Source: an uncultured Spirochaetales bacterium
GTDB taxonomy: Bacteria > UBP6 > UBA1177
Direction of reading: 5' to 3'
DNA: 64,000 nt
Assembly: GCA_902774115.1 (NCBI GenBank)
Contig: CACYHH010000003.1
Span: forward strand, 219,033 to 283,032
In this document: positions 29,498 to 39,342 of the stretch, in pieces
Position numbering within the stretch: the first letter of the stretch is position 1
Layout: every line of letters begins with the position of its first letter
Position numbers and translations under genes: made by a program
Notes under the pieces: model-generated
The model's database searches: none
Seen by the model: the letters and a program-made list of their open reading frames with translations, nothing else
What the model was told of the DNA's origin: nothing

Positions 29498-30445
29498 AAA
29501 AAATTACTTGTTATTCTTGGGATGCTTGCTGCTGCTACGACTATTTTTGCTGAAACTTTAACTTGTGAAGCTGAAAAAGGGGGATGTACTTACACTCTTT
29601 CTGCCGGTTCATTATCCAAAGAATGCTACTGCAATGACGATACAAGTTCTTCCAGCGAAACATCTGCATCGGCTCTCCCGACAGAGGACGAATGCAAAGC
29701 GGAGGCCAATGAAATTTGTAAAAATGCAGGATTCAAATGCAAAAACGAAGCCGGAGAATGTGTTCTGGAACAGAGCGGCGACTATGAATGCTGGTGCTAT
29801 GGCTTCGACAGAAGAAGGTTCGGAACTGCAACTTTCGAAGAGGGTGTCTGCGACAGCACGCTTGTCGAAGAATGCGGTACCGAGCTCGCGACTCCGAGAA
29901 TAGTCTGCACTGACGAAGAAGTTCTCAATATCTGCCTTTCGTATGTAAAAACCTTTGCAAATTCCTGTTTTGAACCGCTTAACGACGAGGAACTTGAGGC
30001 GGTTCTCGATATTCCCTCCGGAGAGGATCTGAATGCGCAGGCGCTCACAATCTGCTGCTATAGGGATGACATTCGCGAGGAAGACTACAAAGGCTATTTC
30101 GAGTGTATTGAAACGGCAGAAAGCTGCGAAAACAAAGAATGCTGTGACGAATGCGGTCTCTATGCTCATTCAGGCGGTGATGATGAAAATCCGTCCGAAG
30201 ACGGCGATGATCCCATTTCCCCAGATCCTGACGAAGGTGATACCGATGTCTCTGATACCGGTTCCGATGAAGATACTGACACTGCAAACACCGATGCACC
30301 AGCTGATGATACAACCCCGGCTGACGATGAGACTCCGGCTGACAAAACCGACGGTGACGATACAGAGGCACCTGCAACCGATTCTGAAGCTGAAAGCAAA
30401 GAAGAAAGCAAAAAATCCGACGGCTGCTCGATGCTGTTCATCTAA
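29498..30445 (+). CDS. Secreted Cys-rich acidic protein
   Basis: Start at MKKLLVILG with GGAGG RBS; signal peptide; about 30 Cys; C-terminal PADD/TPAD acidic low-complexity, ends GCSMLFI. Confidence 0.6.
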   Translation, partial: KKLLVILGMLAAATTIFAETLTCEAEKGGCTYTLSAGSLSKECYCNDDTSSSSETSASALPTEDECKAEANEICKNAGFKCKNEAGECVLEQSGDYECWCYGFDRRRFGTATFEEGVCDSTLVEECGTELATPRIVCTDEEVLNICLSYVKTFANSCFEPLNDEELEAVLDIPSGEDLNAQALTICCYRDDIREEDYKGYFECIETAESCENKECCDECGLYAHSGGDDENPSEDGDDPISPDPDEGDTDVSDTGSDEDTDTANTDAPADDTTPADDETPADKTDGDDTEAPATDSEAESKEESKKSDGCSMLFI

Positions 30446-31120
30446 TCACCCGAAGTAGGGGGTTCGCCTCGCCAGAGTGAGCCCGTTCACGCTTTTCGCC
30501 CCGTTTTTGTTCAAAAGTTTCGCGATTTCTTCAATAGTTGATGCTGTCGTGCAGACATCGTCCACGATCAGAAAACTTTCTCCTTTCACGCTTCGTGTGA
30601 TGGTGAAGGCATCTTTCAGGTTTTTTGTCCTTTCTTCGTAGTCAAGCCCTGCCTGATGCGCGGTTTTTCTCACTTTTTTCAGTAACTTAGGGTCAAATTT
30701 CAAGTTGTGCGCTTTAGCCACTCTGTCGGCTAAAATTTCGGCCTGGTTGAAGGACCGCAGAAGTTTGTCGAGAAATCTCATCGGCGGAAAGATGACGGTG
30801 CGTCCTTCAATAAGTTCGATAGGTGCGTTTTCTGCAAGGTATCGCCCTAAAATTTCGGCAATGCTTCTCACTTTGCCGTATTTCATTTCCGAAATCAGTT
30901 TTGAAATGCTTCCGCTGTAGATAAAAAGTGAAAATATTTTATCAAAGTGCAGCTTTTTTCCTTTGCACGAAAAACATTCCGGCTCATCCGGAGTCAGCGT
31001 GAAATTCCCGCATTTCGGGCATCTTCGTTCGCAGAAAAGTGCAAATTTTGCACATTCCTTGCATAGAAATTCTTTATTTTCGGTTCTGCTTCCGCAAATC
31101 AAACAGGCGTTCATTTTCAA
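30446..31120 (-). CDS. comF: ComF-family phosphoribosyltransferase-domain protein
   Basis: N-terminal Cys4 zinc ribbon (CLICGS...CKEC...CPKCG); C-terminal PRTase motif LIVDDVCTTASTI. Confidence 0.7.
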   Translation of the reverse strand: MKMNACLICGSRTENKEFLCKECAKFALFCERRCPKCGNFTLTPDEPECFSCKGKKLHFDKIFSLFIYSGSISKLISEMKYGKVRSIAEILGRYLAENAPIELIEGRTVIFPPMRFLDKLLRSFNQAEILADRVAKAHNLKFDPKLLKKVRKTAHQAGLDYEERTKNLKDAFTITRSVKGESFLIVDDVCTTASTIEEIAKLLNKNGAKSVNGLTLARRTPYFG

Positions 31121-31221
31121 ATATCGGATAAATTCATTTGTTTATACGCTAAAATATGCTTAAATCAATAAATTGATCCGCAGATTTTTCGCTACGCTCA
31201 AAATGACGAAATTGTCTTTTT

Positions 31222-31249
31222 TTGACTTGCACTTTCTATACCTTATAAT
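31222..31249 (+). promoter_or_regulatory. Putative near-consensus sigma70-type promoter (TTGACT-16nt-TATAAT)
   Basis: TTGACT 31222-31227, TATAAT 31244-31249, about 35 nt upstream of the GT39-like operon start with AAGGAG RBS. Confidence 0.45.
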
Positions 31250-31282
31250 TTGCGGCTTTGTTGTTTTTAAGGAGTTTTTTTA

Positions 31283-33510
31283 TGGATAAAAAAGAAGGAC
31301 TTCATGCGGTTATTCTTGAACACCCGCGTATTTTTTTAGCTATACTTTCGGCGCTTTTCTTTCTGCCTCTTCTCGGAAGCTATCCGGTTTTAGGGCAGTG
31401 GGAGCCGCATTACGGCAGAGTCGCGATGGAAATGATGGCGAATGGTTCGTGGGACTGGTTTCTTGACCCGGTATATCTCGGAAAGCACAACTTCTGGTCG
31501 AAGCCGATTTTCTGTTTCTGGATGGTTTTTCCGTTTATGAAGATTTTCGGTCCGACAGAGCTCGCACTCAGGCTTCCTTTCGCGATAAACGGCATATTTT
31601 TCGTTCTTCTTATTCATTTTATCGCCGAGAAAATTCTTAAAGACCCGCTGAAAGCCCTTGTTGCTGCGTTTGTCGCGGTTTTCACGCCTTATACTTACAT
31701 GATCACGCGGCAGTTCATGTGGGATATAACTTTTGTGACGTTTTTGACCGGTTCAATCGGTTTTCTCTACATCGGGCAGCGCGACAAAGACAAAAAACTG
31801 ATCCGTCTTTCCTATCTTTTCATGGGGCTCGGAATGCTCACGAAAGGGTTGCTCGCTATATGTTTCCCTATTGCGGCAATGATTCTCTGGATGATCGCAA
31901 CTCTTGATTATTCCAAAGGATTCAAGGCAGTTGCAAAGGATGCAACCGATTTTATTTTTTCTCTCAGACCATTCGAGGGACTTGCGATTTTCCTTGTCGT
32001 TTCGCTTCCGTGGTATCTCTACATGGGTATAAAACACGGAGAGCCGTTTTATAAAGAATTTTTTATGGAGCACCACTTCGGCCGTCTTGAAGGAAAGATA
32101 GACAAGCCCGACGGTCCGTTTGAATTTTACATCTGGCAGCTTTCGCTCGGTGCTTTCCCGTGGATTGCCTTTCTTGTTCCTGCACTTTTTTCGGCGGCTG
32201 GAAAAGTCAGAAAAAACAAAGACCTGGCTTTCACAGTCCTCACTTTTTTCTTCCTTTTCCTTTTCTTCACCCTTGCCGCGACAAAGTTCCCTCACTACGT
32301 TTTTCCGGTAGTTCCGTTTATGGTTATGATTCTTGCAGAAGGTTTCGTTGATCTTTTGAGAAGTGAGAAACTTTCGAAAGTTTATACCGTTATCGGTGTA
32401 GTTTCGGCGCTTTTCCTGATTCTGATAGGGAAGGACATCGGAACGGGTTTGAACTATGCCGACATGATTTATCTCATAACGACTCACCACGTCCAGAGCT
32501 GGTTCGGGCGCGTTTTCGATCCGGTTCCGATGCTTACGGTTTTTGTTCCGCTGATGGCGTTTTTCATCATTCTTCCGGCGGTAAAACCTGGCAAAAAGAT
32601 CCTTTTCGAGATTTCCGCAGCCGCTTTTACCCTTGTTGCAGTTGTCTGGTCGGGATATATAAATTTTGTCTGGGTGCCGAATATGCTTGAAGTTTTTACG
32701 CCGAAGCACCTCGTTGAAAAATATTTCGAAATGAAGAAGCCGGGCGACAAAATGGTCGATTTCCACAACTGGAAAAACAGGTCGATGTATTTTTATCTCG
32801 GGCTTGACGAACAGCTTTACCGCTATACGAAAGTTGAACAAATTCAACAGCTTATTGAAAAAAATCCTAATAATACGGTTTTCATAACGGCTAAAAAGGA
32901 CAAAGTTTCGGAACTTCGCGCGGCGCTTCTTGACAAACCTGGTATTCCGATAACGAAAGTCGCCGACGATGCGGTCGATACATACATGGAAATAGAGATG
33001 TTTACCGCTTCGATGCAGGATAAAAACGCCGATCTTTCCGACAAATGGAAGAAAAATCTCCTCGAAGAGTCGCAGATTCCATCAAATATCAAGAAAATCA
33101 ACGGAACTTTGGGCGGCAAAACCATTGAAATCATCGGTTACGACATCAACAAACAGCGTTTTGATCCGGGTGAAGAGATCGAACTCACGCTTTACTACAA
33201 AGTTCTGAAGGAAATGGACAAGAACTGGAAAGTTTTCTTCCACTTTGACGTTTACAGCGGCGCTCTTCCGCATTCTTTCAAACTTGACGACTATCCGCAG
33301 CAGGGCTATCTGCCGACAACGAAATGGACTCCGGGAATGATTCTCAAAGACACTTTCAAAGTAAATGTGCCTAAAGCGCATCCGGGCGGAGGAGTCAAGA
33401 TATATACCGGATTTTACGAGGGAAATACGCGAATGGATGTCGATAAGGATACACTCAACGACGGTCAGAAACGCTTTATTCTGGGAACTTTCAACGTAAA
33501 TATAAAGTAA
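31283..33510 (+). CDS. GT39/ArnT-like (PMT family) membrane glycosyltransferase with ~330-aa C-terminal extracytoplasmic domain
   Basis: N-terminal loop with acidic residue before first TM helices typical of GT-C ArnT/PMT; about 11 TM; long soluble C-terminus. Confidence 0.65.
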
Positions 33511-33998
33511 TGGAAGAGAAAAAGAAAAACAAAATTTTTCACATCATCATTTTTTCACTTGTTATAATTGTCCTTCTGTTCAATGTGTTTTCGTATTTCG
33601 GCGCGTCAATAATGCTGCCGGGACGCGAACTCCGCGAAATTTCAGGCGTTGATCCTCAGGCCGGCAGAACAGCGCGGATAGATCTTTCAAAAGGAACAGT
33701 TATTCTCAACATCTGGGCGACATGGTGCGGAGCCTGCCTGGCGGAAATGCCGGAACTCAACAAAGCTGCTGCAAGACATAAAGTTTACGGCGTGATAAAA
33801 CCTGTCTTCAAATACGAAGTCTACCGTGAAGTTTCACCGAATTTCAAAAGTGTCATCGCACAGGATGAATTTTTTGAAGATCTCTATATTTCAGTTCTTC
33901 CCACGACGCTTCTCATTAAGGACGGCGTGATAAAGAAAGTTCACACCGGCACGATGACGACCGATTTTGTCGAAGAGTGGGTAAAAGAGACTGATTAA
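33510..33998 (+). CDS. TlpA-like thioredoxin/thiol-disulfide oxidoreductase (membrane-anchored)
   Basis: N-terminal TM, WATWCGAC CxxC motif; start overlaps upstream stop (TAATG). Confidence 0.75.
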   Translation: MEEKKKNKIFHIIIFSLVIIVLLFNVFSYFGASIMLPGRELREISGVDPQAGRTARIDLSKGTVILNIWATWCGACLAEMPELNKAAARHKVYGVIKPVFKYEVYREVSPNFKSVIAQDEFFEDLYISVLPTTLLIKDGVIKKVHTGTMTTDFVEEWVKETD

Positions 33999-34061
33999 GC
34001 GGATTTCATTCCGTAAATTTTCAAAATCAGTATAATCCCACGGTTTGTTTCGAGGTGATTT

Positions 34062-36005
34062 TTGAGATTTCCGCCGCTTTTCTTAGGTTTTTCAACGATT
34101 TTCTGGGGCTTTTGCACAGGCTGGGAAGTCTTTTCAATAGTTGCAGCCATTGTTTTTGAGGCTTCAAATATCATAAAAACGCGGTTCGATCTGCAGAAAA
34201 AAGATTTTATCCGGATTTCCGATTTAAGTTCGCTCGTAATGTTCATTCTTCTTTTTTATTCCTACGTCGAAAACGAGCCGAGGATGATTTTTCTCGGTTT
34301 TATCACGACTCTTCCGATAATTTTCATGCCGCTTCTGTTCGCGCAGCTTTTCAGTACTTCCGACAAAGTTGTGATCGGAACGAAATTCGGAAAAAGAATC
34401 CACGCCCATGCGCCGGTTGATATAAGGAGCCTCTACATTCTGGCGGTACTTTTTGCGACTGCCGCAGCAAATATAAAAAGCGTCTGGTTCATCGCTTTGT
34501 TTATGCTGATAATATTCGTTGTCCTTTCGGGAACGGTGAAGGATCAAAAATCTTTAAAGCGTTATCTGAAATTCTGCTTTATATCTGTTTTTATTACGGT
34601 TTTTATCGGCGTAACGGTCGTTGCCGGTCACTGGCTTATAGGCAGAAAAATGATGGAATGGTATAACGACTGGTATGAGTCGCTGAGTGCCGATCCTTTC
34701 AGAACTTCGACTTCGATGGGAGAACTCGGAAAAATGAAACTTTCGGGAGAGATCGTGTTCAGAGTTTATCCCGAAGAGCCGTCGATTCCTCTTTATATGA
34801 AGCAGTCGGATTACAATATCATAGTTAACAATACATGGTATTCCAGACCGAAAAAAACAGATTCGATTTTTCCTGTGAGCGATATGGAGTGGCAGTTTTT
34901 CGGGGAAGGCTACGGGAAAAAGAGGATGAAAATTTCGATTTGGATGAACAAAAACAAAGGAGAAGGCGTGCTTCCTCTTCCGAACGGAGCAAAACGTGCA
35001 ACAGAGCTTGATGTCGCCGGAATAGAAAAGAGTGTTCTCGGAGCGATATATGTCGAGGAAGGTCCCGAGCTTCTTGAATTTGCGATGTCTTACGATCCGG
35101 AAGAAAGTTTCGAGCCGCTTCCGCGCAGATCCGATTTTTTTGTTCCGAAAGAAGAACGGGGTGTGATTGATGAAGTTATGAGTCAGAACGGGCTGGCAGG
35201 TGCGACACCTGAAGAAACTCTTGAAAATATCGAGCGCTTTTTTGCCACTTTCAATTATACGCTTGATCAGAAAAACAGGGCTGGGGACTCTTATCTCGCC
35301 GATTTTCTGAACAATACGAGAGAAGGACACTGCGAATACTTCGCGACAGCTACCGTTCTCATGCTCAGAAACGCCGGAATTGCGGCGAGATACCGCACGG
35401 GATATATGCTTGACGAGTACGACAGCTTTGAAAATGCTCTTATTGCGAGAAAACGCGACGCTCACGCATGGGCTGCGGCTTATATCGGCGACAGATGGGT
35501 CGATGTCGATACGACTCCTCCGCAGTGGAAAGAAGCCGATTCAATGGAAAAGTCGTTTTTTGAGCCTGTGAGCGACTTTATGGCGTGGGTAAAGATGAAA
35601 TACGAAAATTACAGAAGAAAAAAGAGCGATGAATTTAATAAGATTCTGATTGCCGCGGCTTCGATCCTCACTGTTTTTCTGATGGTCAGGGTTTATCTGC
35701 GCAAAAGGCGCGTAAAAAAGTCTCTTTCTGATGAAATAACGCCTCTTTTTGAAGCGGCAGGGCTCGATTCTCCGCTTTATCAGATGCTTGACTACTATGC
35801 CGGAAACGGCTTGACGCGTGAAGAGAGCGAAACTCTGCGCCGCTGGATAGAAAAAAATAGAGAAAAATTAGGAGAAAATATCGATTTTTCCGCTTTTGTC
35901 AGACTGCATGAGGAGCTTCGTTTCAATACAGGCGGTGACAAAACGGCTCTTAAGTCTGAACTCATGAAAAAATATGAAGAGTGGAAAAAGTCGAAGGAAA
36001 GCTGA
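34062..36005 (+). CDS. Transglutaminase-like (DUF3488 + TGase core) membrane protein
   Basis: Multi-TM N-terminus; EGHCEYFATATVLMLRNAGIAARYRTGY transglutaminase-core Cys motif, downstream His/Asp. Confidence 0.75.
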   Translation: MRFPPLFLGFSTIFWGFCTGWEVFSIVAAIVFEASNIIKTRFDLQKKDFIRISDLSSLVMFILLFYSYVENEPRMIFLGFITTLPIIFMPLLFAQLFSTSDKVVIGTKFGKRIHAHAPVDIRSLYILAVLFATAAANIKSVWFIALFMLIIFVVLSGTVKDQKSLKRYLKFCFISVFITVFIGVTVVAGHWLIGRKMMEWYNDWYESLSADPFRTSTSMGELGKMKLSGEIVFRVYPEEPSIPLYMKQSDYNIIVNNTWYSRPKKTDSIFPVSDMEWQFFGEGYGKKRMKISIWMNKNKGEGVLPLPNGAKRATELDVAGIEKSVLGAIYVEEGPELLEFAMSYDPEESFEPLPRRSDFFVPKEERGVIDEVMSQNGLAGATPEETLENIERFFATFNYTLDQKNRAGDSYLADFLNNTREGHCEYFATATVLMLRNAGIAARYRTGYMLDEYDSFENALIARKRDAHAWAAAYIGDRWVDVDTTPPQWKEADSMEKSFFEPVSDFMAWVKMKYENYRRKKSDEFNKILIAAASILTVFLMVRVYLRKRRVKKSLSDEITPLFEAAGLDSPLYQMLDYYAGNGLTREESETLRRWIEKNREKLGENIDFSAFVRLHEELRFNTGGDKTALKSELMKKYEEWKKSKES

Positions 36006-36080
36006 ATTTGTTTGCAGAAATTACAATAACAATTAGAATCGCGCGGTTTGTTTTTTTATGATGTTTTTCAGGAGGATACA

Positions 36081-36968
36081 ATGCTTAGAATTGAAAAAGT
36101 TGCAGGAAAAGATGTTCTCATGGAATCGGAAATTCCTTTTTTGAAACTTTTCAAAAAAGGTAAAGTCCGCGAAGTTTACGAGCTCGGCGAATATCTTCTT
36201 ATCGTCGCGACCGACAGGATCAGCGCGTTCGACGTCGTTATGAAGACAGGCGTTCCGTCGAAAGGGATCTATCTCACGCAGCAGTCTGCTTTCTGGTTCA
36301 AGTTCATCCGCGAAAACGGTTTCAGCACCCATTTCGTAAGCGATGACCTTGACGAAATCGCTGAAATCACGGGTGAAAAACGCCTTCTTGATCTTCCTTG
36401 GCTCAGAGGAAGAGTAATGCTCGGAAAACACGCAGAGGTTCTTCCGGTCGAAGCTGTATGCCGCTTCAGGATCTTCGGTTCGGCAGTTTCCGCGCTCAAA
36501 AACAACACCTGGATCTGGGACAAAATCGAAGCGGACGACTTTTCTGAAGGCTCCCTCATCAAAAACGGCCCTATTTTTACTCCGACCGAAAAATCGGAAA
36601 CCGACGACAAGATCACTTTTGACCAGATGAGCTCGCTTATCGGCTCGAAAGAGACAGCTCAGCAGATAAAAGACACCACGATCAGGCTTTTCAAGCTCTG
36701 CCGCGACTATGCTCTCAAGAATTTCGGCTTCGAAATCGCGGACGGAAAGGTCGAATACGGCTTTATTGACGGCGTCCTCTCGCTTGTTGACGAGACTTTC
36801 ACTAGCGACAGTGCCCGTTTCATCCCGGACAAATCAAAGGAAGTTTTCAGAAAATGGCTCACCGATCACAACTTGAGAAAAGTCGCAGCCGTTCTTCCCG
36901 ACGATGTCGCAATGATGGTTTCTGACCTCTACAGAAGCCAGTGTCTTGATATGAAAATCAAATTATAA
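36081..36968 (+). CDS. purC: Phosphoribosylaminoimidazole-succinocarboxamide synthase (SAICAR synthetase)
   Basis: Start MLRIEKV with AGGAGG RBS; KGKVREVYE..LLIVATDRISAFD motif; ~295 aa long-form PurC. Confidence 0.85.
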   Translation: MLRIEKVAGKDVLMESEIPFLKLFKKGKVREVYELGEYLLIVATDRISAFDVVMKTGVPSKGIYLTQQSAFWFKFIRENGFSTHFVSDDLDEIAEITGEKRLLDLPWLRGRVMLGKHAEVLPVEAVCRFRIFGSAVSALKNNTWIWDKIEADDFSEGSLIKNGPIFTPTEKSETDDKITFDQMSSLIGSKETAQQIKDTTIRLFKLCRDYALKNFGFEIADGKVEYGFIDGVLSLVDETFTSDSARFIPDKSKEVFRKWLTDHNLRKVAAVLPDDVAMMVSDLYRSQCLDMKIKL

Positions 36969-36977
36969 TCAGAAAAA

Positions 36978-37009
36978 ACGTGACGATGTTACGCCGTCAC
37001 GCCGTAACG
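36978..37009. repeat. REP-like palindromic element in convergent spacer (purC / ankyrin gene)
   Basis: acgtgacgatgttacgccgtcacgccgtaacg; two overlapping hairpins (cgtgacg/cgtcacg 7 bp; gttacg/cgtaac 6 bp); shares GTTACGCCGTCACG with 17545..17558. Confidence 0.5.
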
Positions 37010-37021
37010 ATATATTTGAGA

Positions 37022-37846
37022 TTATTCAGCTTTGGGTTCTTCTTTGACTTCTTCCGCGGGAGCAGCTTCTTCAGTCGGAGCTTCAGGAGACGTCTCAGGT
37101 GACGTCTCTACAGCTTTTTCTTCGACATGAGTTTCTTTTTTAGCCGGAGTTTTGAGAGCTTTCAGAGTTGCTTCGTAGTTCTCTTTTCTGCTTGAGAACT
37201 GAGCCATGTATTCGTTAGCCAGATCTTCTGCGCTTTTGCCGTCAACGTTTTTGAGAGTTGCGTCAGCGCCTGCATTGATGAGGATTTCAACAACTTTCTC
37301 GTTTCCTCTCTGAGCAGCAACCATGAGCGGAGACTGTTTTTTCGCATCGAGTGCGTTGACATCGCTGCCTGCTTTGACGAGAGCGTCAACGACTGTCGGC
37401 ATTCCTGTCCACGAAGCCCAGAGAAGGGCAGTCCAGTTGTCTTCGTCAACTGCTTTGACATCAGCACCGTTTTCAAGAAGAAGTTTCGTCATCTCAAGTC
37501 TTTTTTCTTCAAGACTCGGTTTTTCGACTTCTGTTCCGTCTTCTTTCTTTGTCGTCGATTTCTTCGTGATGAGCTCTCTGTCACCGTAGTTGAGGTAAGC
37601 GACCCACATAAGCGGAGTTCTTTTCTGTTCGTCCTGCTGGTTGACAGTTTTTGCGTCCTTGCCGATGATTTCTTTCATCTTGTCGATGTTGTCCTGAATT
37701 ATCGGGGATACAAGCGGACTTTCCTCGACATCGCCGCGGAGCTGGTCAAAGCCGAGTTTTACGATGAAAGCGAAAACGAGACCTGCGATCATAAGGATAA
37801 GACCGTCTTTGAGTATTGCTTTGTAGTTTACATTTTTTTTAGCCAT
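37022..37846 (-). CDS. Membrane-anchored ankyrin-repeat protein
   Basis: N-terminal TM; at least 4 ANK repeats (TPLMWVAY..., NWTALLWAS..., QSPLMVAAQRGNEKVVEILINAGAD); Pro/Glu/Ala-rich C-terminus. Confidence 0.75.
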   Translation of the reverse strand: MAKKNVNYKAILKDGLILMIAGLVFAFIVKLGFDQLRGDVEESPLVSPIIQDNIDKMKEIIGKDAKTVNQQDEQKRTPLMWVAYLNYGDRELITKKSTTKKEDGTEVEKPSLEEKRLEMTKLLLENGADVKAVDEDNWTALLWASWTGMPTVVDALVKAGSDVNALDAKKQSPLMVAAQRGNEKVVEILINAGADATLKNVDGKSAEDLANEYMAQFSSRKENYEATLKALKTPAKKETHVEEKAVETSPETSPEAPTEEAAPAEEVKEEPKAE

Positions 37847-37856
37847 GATTCCCTCC

Positions 37857-39248
37857 TTATGCCTCTGCCTTTGCTTCTTCTTTCGGCGCTTCCGCAGGAG
37901 CAGCTTCAGTGTTGTCCTGGGTGAGCGTTCTCTTGAGTGCGACTACCGCGATCGGGCTGATGATAGCCAGAGCGAAGTAGATCATCCACATAAATTCAGG
38001 GCTTTCGAGGTATTCGATGTTTCCTGTTTCGATCTTAGCCTTGACACCGTCGTAGCAGAGACTTGCGATAAGAAGTCCGCTAACGAAACCGTTGATAGGT
38101 CTTGCGATGAACATCGGAAGAGCCGAAAGTCCCATGTATGAAGCAACTTTATCCTTCGGAGCGACAGATGCGACGTATTCGGTGAATCTGGGTGAGAAAA
38201 TAAGTTCACCGACTGCGAACACGAGGATCTGCGCGATGATTACGAATCTGTAAGCCTGGTCAAGGTTGTTGATTCCGGGGATTGCAAGGAACCATTCGCC
38301 CGGGAAAGCAAGGAAAAGAAGCGAAAGGGCGGAAAGTGTCATACCTACGACCAGAAGTTTGACGATATTGAACTTGCCGATGAAATTCATCGTGAGGGCA
38401 AGACCGACCGTGATGATGAGCGGGTTGAGCGAGTTGACCGCACCGAGCTGGAAGTCGGCGAACATCGTTCTAAGGTAATACTTCGGCATAACCATTGTCT
38501 GGTGTGTGAAAACGAGACGGACGCCAAGAGTGAGGCAGAGGAAGAGAACGAGTTTCTGGAAGGCTGATTCTTTCCATACTTCTGCGAAGATTTTGAGCGG
38601 GGTTTTGACTTCGCCGCTGCCGTCGTCTTCGTCTTTTTCCTCCATGTTGTCCTCGTTGATGAGGAAAGCGCAGAGGAAGCATACTGCACTCATTACGAAA
38701 CCGAACGTGAAGATCGCGAGGTTGCCTTTAACAGGGCCGAGCGCGTTTCTGAAACCGTCGCAGACCGCAACACCGGCAAGCATTGCACCGATGTTCATAA
38801 TAAGGTAGTAAAGGTTGAAACCCTTACCGCGGTTGTCCTTGTTCGTGAAGTGACGGAGAGCCGTGCTTGTGATCGTTACAAGCATTGCAGTACCGAGTGC
38901 CATGATGAAAAGAAGTCCGCCGATAGAATACTGGAGAACTTTTCCTTCCATAAGTCCGGGGAAAACGCCCATTCCCAAGCGGCTGATCATAAGCAGGATC
39001 GTCGCGAAAAGGAACGACTTCTTGTCACCGATAACGTCGCAGATTGAGCCGACCGTGAACATGAAAGCGGTGATGAACAGGAAGAAGTAGCCCTGCCATG
39101 CGCCTGCTTCGTAGTCGCTGAAACCGACGTTGTCAGTGAGGAACATCGAGAGAACGATGATAACCGAGAAATAAGAAAGACCGTCAAAGAACTGGATGGC
39201 GTTGACCAACCAAAATTCCTTGTTGAAACCACCTAAAGTTTTTGCCAT
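37857..39248 (-). CDS. MFS transporter (possibly POT/peptide:H+ symporter-like)
   Basis: 12-TM prediction; N-terminal FWLVNAIQFFDGLSYFS resembles the POT ExxERFxYYG region; Ala/Glu-rich C-terminal tail. Confidence 0.6.
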   Translation of the reverse strand: MAKTLGGFNKEFWLVNAIQFFDGLSYFSVIIVLSMFLTDNVGFSDYEAGAWQGYFFLFITAFMFTVGSICDVIGDKKSFLFATILLMISRLGMGVFPGLMEGKVLQYSIGGLLFIMALGTAMLVTITSTALRHFTNKDNRGKGFNLYYLIMNIGAMLAGVAVCDGFRNALGPVKGNLAIFTFGFVMSAVCFLCAFLINEDNMEEKDEDDGSGEVKTPLKIFAEVWKESAFQKLVLFLCLTLGVRLVFTHQTMVMPKYYLRTMFADFQLGAVNSLNPLIITVGLALTMNFIGKFNIVKLLVVGMTLSALSLLFLAFPGEWFLAIPGINNLDQAYRFVIIAQILVFAVGELIFSPRFTEYVASVAPKDKVASYMGLSALPMFIARPINGFVSGLLIASLCYDGVKAKIETGNIEYLESPEFMWMIYFALAIISPIAVVALKRTLTQDNTEAAPAEAPKEEAKAEA

Positions 39249-39342
39249 AAAACACCTCCTTAAAAAAAACGGCGCAGTTTCCTCAAAAACGGCAATTAAG
39301 TCAAAAAAAATTTAATTGTAGGGACAGATAAAAAAATCGGGT

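Noticed and set aside
31753-32847. 364-aa ORF antisense to the GT39-like gene
   Set aside because: Its Arg/Lys-rich sequence is typical of antisense of TM-helix coding DNA. The sense frame has a coherent 11-TM GT-C topology.
34554-35465. 303-aa ORF antisense to the transglutaminase-like gene
   Set aside because: It has no motifs, and the sense frame carries the TGase catalytic Cys motif.
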